From Klebsormidium nitens (Eukaryota > Plantae > Klebsormidiophyceae), in contig DF237705.1 in assembly GCA_000708835.1 (NCBI GenBank), positions 1-36,052 on the forward strand: a stretch of DNA of 36,052 nucleotides, written 5' to 3'. The notes beneath the pieces were generated by a model that searched no databases, had not been told where the DNA came from, and was given only the letters and a program-made list of their open reading frames with translations. Below are positions 11,601 through 20,057 of the stretch, in pieces. Positions within the stretch are counted from its first letter, which is position 1. The number at the start of each line of letters is the position of its first letter. Position numbers and translations under genes: made by a program.

Positions 11601-14141
11601 GTGGGCTCGGGAGTCCTCGTTCTCCCTCCTTCCGTCTTGTGAGAAGACGTTTGGATGAAGCTTACTTCACGCAGTTGTCCCTCTCCCCGATTTCTGACTC
11701 TGCCTCCGTGGGCTGTGGGCTACAGGCGCAGTTCAACGTGCAGCTGGCGGCGTCCGGGTATGACCTGGACAAGTGGCGCCGCTCCAAACTCAACTTCGCT
11801 CAGGCGGAGCTCGAAATCCTGGACGCCAACGGTGAGCGAGGCTACAACGGCAAGGCCAACGGGCGGCGGGCTATATTGCTTGGAGGGCCCGCTCAATAGC
11901 TAGCTGCGACTGTGCTGAATGAGGACGAGGGGCGGACTTAGCGTTCGGTTATGGTTACCTCATGATCTTGCACGGAAGCAGGAAGGGCTCGCGTGGAGTG
12001 TACGACTGTAATGCGACTAGACTCAGCCCGGTCTGCAGGCTGACGGCTCGTGTTGCCGTTTGTGCAGGCGGGGCTGGTTGGGACCTGGCCCGCTCCTTGC
12101 TCCGGCCCCGCGACGGCCTCTGGTGCCCGCGCCCGACCGCCCGGCAGGCGCTGCGCCACCGCTTCCTGACGCAGTCCTTACGCTGGGCCACCGAGCCAGT
12201 CCCGCAGCCCACCAAGAGCGGCAAGAAAAAGGCCGCCTCGAGCAGCGGCAAGAAGGCGCGCGAGCCCGTGCTCGCGCCCGCCCTCTCCTTTGGGTGGGCC
12301 CTCGGGGGGCGGCCATCCGCTGAGGCGCCCGCTGAGGCCGCCAGCTCGAGCCGGGGCGGGGGCAGCCTGCCGTTCCTGAACCGCAGCCGGTCGGGCCCGA
12401 AGCTGGCGGACGCGGGGGCCAAGTTCGACCGCAAGGTGAAGCTGAAGGCGACCGTCGTGGCGGGGCGCGCGCCGCAGTCCGCCGTCGCGTGGAGCGCGCT
12501 GCTGCCGCTGAGCACGCCCTTCAACGCCCCCGCACAGCCCGCTGCAGAAGCGCCCCGCGCGCTGGCCGAGCCGCTCCGCGGGCTGAAGCGCCTCGTGGGG
12601 CTGGACGCGGGCGCGCTGCCCGTGCCGCCCGCTCGGGAGGCCGTCCCGCCCGAGTTTCCGCACGTGGCGGCACTCGCGCAGCTGCTGCGGGCCGCCCACC
12701 TGCACCAGCATGTGCCGGTGGGGCTGCAGCCGCTGGCCCGGCCCCAGGGGGGAAAAGCCCGCAGTGCCAACGCGCAGCCGCAACGGGAACCGCAACGGCC
12801 GCGCAAGCTGGAGCTATCACCTGCAGCGCAGACGACCCTCCGGCGGGTGGCGCAGATTGGTGTGCCGCTCGCGGCGGCGAGTGTGATCGTAGCGGCCAGC
12901 GGGTCCATGGTGAGGGGTTCGCGGGCAGACCGTAGGAAGCCGCCACATGTGACGTCAGCGATAGTCCGCTGAGGGCGCGTACCCCCCTTCTTTCCAGTAC
13001 GGGGGAGAGTAGTGCCACAATTGTCGAGGCAATCTGGTTAAGTGTAATCTACATGTGTAAAGAACTAGCGAACGGTGTACGCTATTGCGAAAATGTCTGA
13101 AACGAGCCGTAGGGTAGGTTCCGCTTCAGATTGCAAGTCTCGTTTCTTCTGACCATGCACGGTGCGTGCAGGCGGTGCTGGCGGTGAAGACGTCCGTAGA
13201 GACTGGGTACAGCATGGGCCAGGGCCTCGCGCAGACGCTCGGCTCGGCCGCCCTGCTGTCTGCCATCTACCACTACGTTCTCAGGTCAGGGGCCGCCCCG
13301 AACCACCCAGCACGTATCCCCTCCGGTCCAGATTTACTCAGAGCACTTTCGTCTTTGTCCGGTCCAGGACTCCGCTTTGCCCGCTGCGGTTGCTCTCGTC
13401 GGCTGCTTGCTCGCCTTACGTTTGTCTTCCCGGTGGCCCTGCTCTGGCCCCCTCTCCGGGGGATCCCCCTCATTGTCCCCCCTGCTCACTGGCCGCGTAC
13501 TTTGCTGCGTGCAGGCCCGGCCTGTCCACCTCCTCCCGGCCCCCCCCCTCCCCCTTCACCGCCGCTGGCTTGGCCGGCGCCCCCCCCCGCAACTGAGCCC
13601 TGCCGGCACTCTGCCGCCCGCGTATACCACGTGGCTCGTCCCCCCGAGCAGCGCGAGCCAGGGCGAGCAGGCCAGCCCCGGCAACGCTGGTGAAGGTGAG
13701 GCACACCCGCCGGAAGTGGGGCAGCCCTTGGCGGGCCTGCCGCATCCGAGCGGAGCCCCGCAGTCGCTCTTCAGCGGGACGGCAGCTTGCACGCCCGTCC
13801 CGTCTGGAAGCCAGCAATGCACAGGGGGCTGCCCTTATCTGATCTCTTGCCGGCGCAGGAACTCTCTTCCCGTCAGCCCCAACGATTCTTATCGCAGACT
13901 TGCGTTCCGTGTCCCTTGCCGTCCGCGAGTGCGCACTGACGTGTCGCTCCCCTGGTCGCTGTGTGCTGCAGGGGTGAGCGGCGCGGTGCGCGAGATGGAG
14001 GCGCAGCTGGCGTCGCTGGAGGCGACCATCCAGGGCGGGCACGACTTCAACGTGGCGCAGAAGCAGCTGCTCGCGCGCGTCGAGGCGCTCCTGCTCGAGT
14101 CCACGCTGCAGCCGCCCGCGGGGCAAGCGCAGGTGCCGTAA
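8601..14141 (+). CDS. STN7/STN8 (Stt7/Stl1)-family chloroplast thylakoid Ser/Thr kinase with long C-terminal extension; apparent 1-nt frameshift in exon 11
   Basis: Exons 8601-8839, 9110-9328, 9652-9855, 10120-10183, 10401-10614, 10818-10930, 11152-11364, 11726-11831, 12068-12909, 13172-13284, 13515-13695, 13972-14141. The product has a transit-peptide-like N-terminus, a TM segment followed by KPGPIQGVLD, then GKQLGEGSFGVVF, VVLKK, HRDVKPLN, VDLGACVDLRTGYNYVPDETIMDPIYCAPEQY, PDKFDLFS and GWDLARSLL. These are characteristic of the STN7/STN8 clade. The exon sum of 2678 nt is 1 nt short of an intact frame. Confidence 0.88.
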
Positions 14142-15377
14142 CTAACACGGCATGCCGGGCGGGCCGGGCTTAGCGGAGGCACGGAGCGCAGCGCTCTTTG
14201 TTAGAAGGAACGAGTACATTTGTAGGAGCCGGACGAGAATAGTTGTTTGACCTAGACATGGTAGTATTATCAATGTGCATTGCGGCCCTCGTCTTTGAAT
14301 GTCCTAGCAACATGCATCTGTTAAGGCTCACACAGGCTAGGGGGTCTTTAAATAATTGGCTTGAGTACTCTCAAAGTACGTCGTGGCTAGTGGCCAACAT
14401 TCGGATCAGTAGTTTAAGATAGAGGATAGGGCGTTGATTGTTACCTCGTCCCATTGACGAGCAACCCGGGGTGCCTCCACAAGCAAATCTCCCCGCTCCA
14501 TGCTTCTAGCTCGACTTACCAGCGATCAGCTACTCAACCGTTGGTAGCACATTGTTGCGGCATAGCTTACAGCATTTTCCAAGCAAGCTGCCAGAATTTC
14601 TTGTCAACTGATTTAAGCTGAGTTGGCACAACAGCATGTTGACGAATTTTCATCCAACACCCCATGCTACAAACGGCAGGCCCGTCGCTCCTGGATTTGG
14701 GAAGTTGTATTCACTTGCACCAGCCTGATCGCAAGCAGATTCCACCGCCCTCTTGCACAAGGTAGCGCGGGCGCCGCCGCTGCCATCTGCCATCTCGGTC
14801 CCGGACTCAGTATTCCCGGACGAGACGTATTGCTCTCCTGCTAGTCTTCGACGTCATGAGATGAAACTCTTCATGGATTGACGGCAGGTGATCACCGCTT
14901 TTTGAGTCGAAAGACGCACTCAGGGTGACGACCTGGCGAAAGCCCATGACGCCTAATTGTAAAAAGCATTGGGTCATGCTGAATGCGTTAACGAGCCGTC
15001 TCGCGGATATCTGTCACATGAGCTGTAGGTGAAGATCTCGGATCGGATCATGATCAAGCTAGACTCTCGTTGATTAACCGAAATTTCAATCACGGTACGT
15101 GATGCCGCTCATGAAGGAGCCGTACTTTTTCGTCTGACCTTTTCTTTGGAATTGTTCAAATCCCGTTGACTTGAACTTCGACCCCTCAGACTCCGGAGGC
15201 TTAAGAAAATCATGACGTCAATTCGGCAAAGTAGGTCATGCCACCGTCTTTTCAAGGTGATTCCGCAAGGAGAGTCTCCTTTCGATGCGAAAACGTAGCT
15301 TGAAATCCGTCTTCATGGGCCCCAGCGCGTGTATGAAGCTTCCGACACTGTCCGACGTTTAGAGTTGCTCGATGATC

Positions 15378-15660
15378 GCCACGTGGCACCATCGGACGGC
15401 TAGAAATGTAGTTCGAGTCACCTTCGCCCACAAATGAAGCAATCAAGCAGCGAGCAATTGGTCAGCGTTTTGCCCCCTCATCTTTCAGCGGACCAATCCG
15501 GGGCGCCCCCCAATTCAGGGGCAGGACCTCTGTCCAGGGGTGCTCTACGGAGCTCCTCGAAGAACATTTTCACAACCAAAACCCACCTAAATCTAACCCC
15601 TTTCCCCAGAATCCACGACACACAACCCGTCAGAGTTCTCGCCATCGTCAACCACCACCG
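15378..15660 (+). repeat. Copy A (degenerate) of the promoter + structured-core + G-poor-tail unit; candidate ncRNA gene or pseudogene
   Basis: GCCACGTGGC 15378-15387, ACCATCGGACGG 15388-15399, GCCCACA 15426-15432, core TTCAGCGGACCAATCCGGGGCGCCCCCC...GGAGCTCCTCGAAGAAC 15484-15565, then a C/A-rich tail. Homology to copies B-D is visible directly; the ncRNA role is inference. Confidence 0.85.
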
Positions 15661-16379
15661 AAATCAATCCTGGCCACATACAATTGCGTCAAATTTGAAA
15701 TTGACATGATTCTCGTTGCATGACTTGAATGACGCATCGAAACCCCAAACAAATCTCATGTTCTGTGATTTATAAACGGATGGTGCTTGCAACCAAGAAG
15801 GTGGTGCCTGACAAGTCTGTATCTGCGAAACCTGATGATGGGGCTCGTCTAAGCGCCATCTGTCGGAGGGCTTGTTTTTTTTCAAGGTTGACGTTTGCCG
15901 TGAACACGCCCGATATGCACGTGCTACTCAGCAATCAACCAAGGCTTTGCAAGAGAAGTCGCGGCTGCTAGCAGTGACTCTGAGAGATTGTGTTCTCAGA
16001 CCGATACGTCTTTAACTTGGTCGTGACATCGCTCCGAACCAGAAACTTGCGTTGGCTGAACACTGAAAGCAGATTTGATCAGACACGTACATGGACAGTG
16101 ACAAACCGACAGGTTCGGAGGTGACCTGCTAGCATGCAGACGTTTAATTCTCAAATTTCGAGTTCTAAGTTGTCGCGCTGCTCAGTAACGAGTTCAGCGA
16201 AGGTGGCATCGACATGAGCAGGAGCAAGGCGCAAATGTGAACAAACCGACATGCTATGCGATCACGCTGCTTGTCCATAACATGGCTTACATTCGGGACG
16301 AGTAGAGTAGATGAGTTGAGTGAAGATTCAAGTGCTGGTGGTTGCATATCTGAGGGGGTTCGGTTGTTGTGGTAGCAAT

Positions 16380-16682
16380 TGATGTGGCTGCGGTTGAGTG
16401 AAAAGGGGAGCGAATGATGAAACTTGATGCGGTGGGTATTGTAATGATGTGGTGGTGTTTGAGTGAGGAGGGGAGTGACGGAATAGTTTGGGATGGGTTT
16501 GTTCCGGGGGAGCTCCGTGGAGCACCCCTGGACAGAGGTCCTGCCCCTGGGCCGGGGGGCGCCCCGGATCGATCCACTGAATGACAATGAGCAGAACGCT
16601 GACCTATGTATGCACTGCGTTTCCACCTTCTCTGTGGGCGGACCTGAGATTGTTGCGACCCGTCCGATGGTACCACGTGGCA
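16380..16682 (-). repeat. Copy B of the promoter + structured-core + G-poor-tail unit; candidate ncRNA gene
   Basis: On the minus strand: G-box 16673-16680 with adjacent CCGTCCGATGG, GCCCACA 16633-16639, CATACATA 16606-16613, core 16581-16501 (TTCAGTGGATCGATCCGGGGCGCCCCCCGGCCCAGGGGCAGGACCTCTGTCCAGGGGTGCTCCACGGAGCTCCCCCGGAAC), then a G-poor tail with T4 at 16404-16401. Confidence 0.9.
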
Positions 16683-17718
16683 CATCGAATGGCATCGGTG
16701 CAAAACCGCGCTACCGCGGCCGACGGCAGCGTGCCCAGAAAAGGCACGAGTCGACTGCGACCGCTTGGCTACTGGGAAACGGGCAATACGAATGGCAGAG
16801 CCGGAAGCATTCTCCAATAGCCAGAATCGGAGCCAATAAGGAGCCTTGTCAGGCTGCGTCTTTACGTCAAGCTGGCACGATACTTTGCCAAACATGAATC
16901 TGGAAGGCCGTCTTCTCAGGCGTTGTCCTAAAATTGCGGTGGCAACTTGACGAACAGAGAGTTGCAGGTATATCACGCGGCTCACATGTACTGCTCAGTG
17001 GCCACGAAGAGCAAAGATCTGGGCTGTACTGCGCACTACCGGCTCGCGTGAGAAACTATCCTGAGCACAGTGATTCGAGTGAGGCGAGTGACCCTCTTGA
17101 GCAGCTCTCACAGTGAGTGACTCTCATGATCAGTGAGCGGCTCTCGTAACTTGGTATATTCCAGGTTCCAAACGCACACTGTCACACTAGAACAAGCTTA
17201 TCAGATCGAACAAGCAAGTGAGCTTTGTTCGGAGCTTGTTTTATCCGCCAAACGCTGGAACTCCTGCTATGCAAGATCATATGAGACATGGGCAATCTCG
17301 CGTGGGCACGCACGACTCGCATCTTTTCACGCCAAGTGGAACCGAGGATAGTACTGGACAGGAGCTTCCTCAAAAAGATGCCGTTCCTTATGCCCTTTGA
17401 TCGGACGTTAGAAATGATGGGTCCTTACGAAATTGCCTCCCAGCAAGTCAGTCGAGATGTGTACTCTACTAACATGACCGCCACGAGAGGCTCAATCAAG
17501 TTGCAGCAATCCCGGATCCGCTTGTCCGCGCAGTTTGACAGGAAGCTCCGGCGAAAAGATGAATCTGAGAGCAAGGAACAGCTTCTCGATCTGCTTCGAT
17601 TTTCGCGTCCTGCATCTAAAGCGTGGGCATCACTTTCCCTGCTTTGGACAGCTTGCCTCCAGCGCGAAGCGGAGGATGTGCCGCAGAGCGCGTCAGGTTT
17701 CGCGTAGTTGTGTCATCA

Positions 17719-18128
17719 CCGTCCGATGAAAGCCACGTGGCCAAATCGAGCGGTAGAAAGTTTCCGTTCGTTGTGAGTCGGCCCACAGAAAAGGGAGACA
17801 AACAGGGTGTATATAAGGGAGTGTCCTGCCCTCGTGGTTCAGTGGATCGATCCGGGGCGCCCCCCGGTCCAGGTTCAGGACCTCTGTCCAGGGGTGCTCC
17901 ACGGAGCTCCCCCGGAACAGCTCTTCACACAACTTCCTCCTCAAAACAACCCTTACATATCAAACAGATTCCGACAACAAACACAAATCTTCCAAACCTC
18001 TCCTATAATCAATTACAACAAACACACATGTCCCAAACTAAGTTCTCATGCCGCAATCCCAACGTCAGACACTCACTTGACATCCTATGACTGAATATGC
18101 TCATACTTCTTGAAGAGCCGCATGTTTT
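17719..18128 (+). repeat. Copy C of the promoter + structured-core + G-poor-tail unit; best candidate for an intact ncRNA gene
   Basis: CCGTCCGATG 17719-17728, GCCACGTGGC 17732-17741, GCCCACA 17781-17787, TATATAAG 17810-17817, core 17838-17918 nearly identical to copy B, G-poor tail, first TTTT at 18125-18128. Confidence 0.9.
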
Positions 18129-18405
18129 CATTCAATTCTACGTCCGGCTAAACAAACATGCGTGGCGAACCGTCAGTAGGAGACGAATATCAAAAAAATC
18201 ATTTGCTGCCTTTGGCTCATGCATGGGCTTTCGTTGAAAAGTGCCAGAATGTGCATGCTCTCGCGAAATTGAACGTGGAACAACCGTTTCCAGCACCTGA
18301 ATGACATGATACTTTGCGTCATCGTGCTTGACCTGTGAGGGTCGTGAACATTCGTCAAGCGTGCTAACCAAGTAAGCAGTGCGCGTTTATCCGGCGTGAG
18401 TTCTG

Positions 18406-18790
18406 AAAAAAACCGCCCCCCGTGGTTGCCACAGACGAGGACTGGCTGTGTCAAATCAGAAGCGGACCCTCTGGCTGGAAAGTCCTCGTCAAGGATGCTG
18501 GTTTGCGGTTGGTTAGGTTGGGTTTGTTCAGAATAATGGGTCATGTAATTTGTTATTGGTCGGAGGTGGTAGCGGATGAGGGAGTGGTATTGAGGGCGGT
18601 GATGGGTTGTTCCGGGGGAGCTCCGTAGAGTGCCCCTGGACCGGGGGGCGCCCCGGATCGATCCACTGGAAAATCCAAGGGCAGGCGCTGAGTTATGTAT
18701 GCACTGCTCGTCTGAGGGTTTTGTGGGCAGAGTCAATAAATCCAGGACTTTTCGAGCCGTCCGATGGTGCCACGTGGCATCCGTCGGACT
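18406..18790 (-). repeat. Copy D of the unit; core lacks the middle hairpin; candidate ncRNA gene
   Basis: On the minus strand: G-box 18769-18778 flanked by CCGTCCGATGG and CCGTCGGAC, GCCCACA 18722-18728, CATACATA 18694-18701, shortened core 18671-18609, G-poor tail, T7 at 18412-18406. Confidence 0.88.
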
Positions 18791-20057
18791 ACTGTGGTCA
18801 CGAAGACGCCGAGCACGAGACTGACGGTGGCTTTAACAGCCCGTCCAAGTTGCGAGATAGGAGGAAGGAAGGGAGCTCAAGTGGAAGATAGATGATCGTG
18901 TGACCATCTGCGGCCTTTCTGCACCGTTTCTCCTGCCAGCGCATGTCAGTCTTCCACCTTAGGAGCAGGACTGCCGTCATCCAACAGATCTTTAGAGTAT
19001 GGAATAGACGAGCACAAAGACCAGTTCTGATCGGTCTTCTTGTCAAAGCGCTGGATACCGAGTCCCGTGTTTAAGACAAAGGCATACTAAAACACATACC
19101 GTATTCAGTGTTGCCAGACCCGATCCTGGATGAAGGAGATGACCACGTGCAAGCGTGGAGTGAAGATTTCTCAAGCTCTAGTGGCAGCAGCCATCCTCAC
19201 GGCAGCGCTCCCGCGGTCCGCTCAGCTGGTTTTGAGAGAGCTTCTCAGGATTGTCCGAGTCTGCCCCCAAACAGGGGGTGCCACCGGACAAAACGCTGGC
19301 TCATCGTTTGAGTCCGAGTACGTGAACCTTATATAAGAAGTGATCTCGGTGGAGGATGTCGCCACGTGTCACACGAGCTTTCGTTTACTCAACAGCTCGA
19401 TTGCATTATACGTGCGTACAATCACGGCCAGGCTGGCCGGAGGTCCCGGTGGCCAGAGTTCTAGCAGAGGCATCTCCTGAAGCTACCTATGCTCTGGAGA
19501 TAACAGTCGAGTATTATAGAAGACTCGTGCTTAAAGATACATCTACCCATATGTGCTGGTCGAAAGCTCTTCATATATGTATGCCATTGAACTTATACAA
19601 TCAGCCGCGGCCTGCATTTTCCTCTTCAGTGCGCGCACCGCTCGAGATGCTGCATGTTGCGTTGCACCAACTCTCACTTACAAGCTATAAGCATCTAACT
19701 TATGATCCGGCGTGACTACGTTAAATGACTGTTCTCCATTATGGAACGACAATTATATAGTCGACTTTGCAAACTGCAATGGACTTAGAATGTTCTCAGA
19801 ATGTTCTCAACAATCTGCACAACAACCATAGCAGCTTCTATCTACAGACGCAATCACTCCTATCACGAGTGCTTTCCCAATATCACAAGCAAATACAATA
19901 GACCTCGTCACAAGCCGCTTTCTTACTTTTTAACGAGGATATTTATGCACCGCCTTTACACGTCGTAGCAAAGAAGCAATCGAACGGATTGGAAGTTAGG
20001 GCGGGCACCTCAACCATCTACAGTGTACATAGATTTAAGACGTCAACCAGACACGAG

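Noticed and set aside
17288-17707. 139-aa ORF between copies B and C
   Set aside because: It has no recognisable motif, no GC3 bias like the real exons and no convincing splice context. It cannot be supported without a homology search.
17830-17890. Core unit as a tRNA gene or tRNA-derived SINE
   Set aside because: A-box-like TGGTTCAGTGG and B-box-like GGTTCAGGACC occur only in copy C and are not conserved in A, B or D. There is no anticodon arm, poly(A) tail or TSD.
17838-17918. Core unit as a self-cleaving ribozyme (hammerhead, HDV-like, twister)
   Set aside because: There is no CTGATGA/GAAA hammerhead core. An HDV-like P1 (GGGGCGC/GTGCTCC) and P3 can be drawn, but P2, P1.1 and the catalytic J4/2 do not fit. 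The conserved twister loop residues are absent.
15484-18671. Units as telomerase RNA genes
   Set aside because: The promoter geometry and size are compatible, but no tail contains a 1.5-repeat template such as CTAAACCCT or CCCTAAAACC, and the tails are not conserved.
15378-18790. CRISPR-like array
   Set aside because: The repeats are long, inverted, irregularly spaced and in a eukaryotic context, with no uniform repeat-spacer periodicity and no cas genes.
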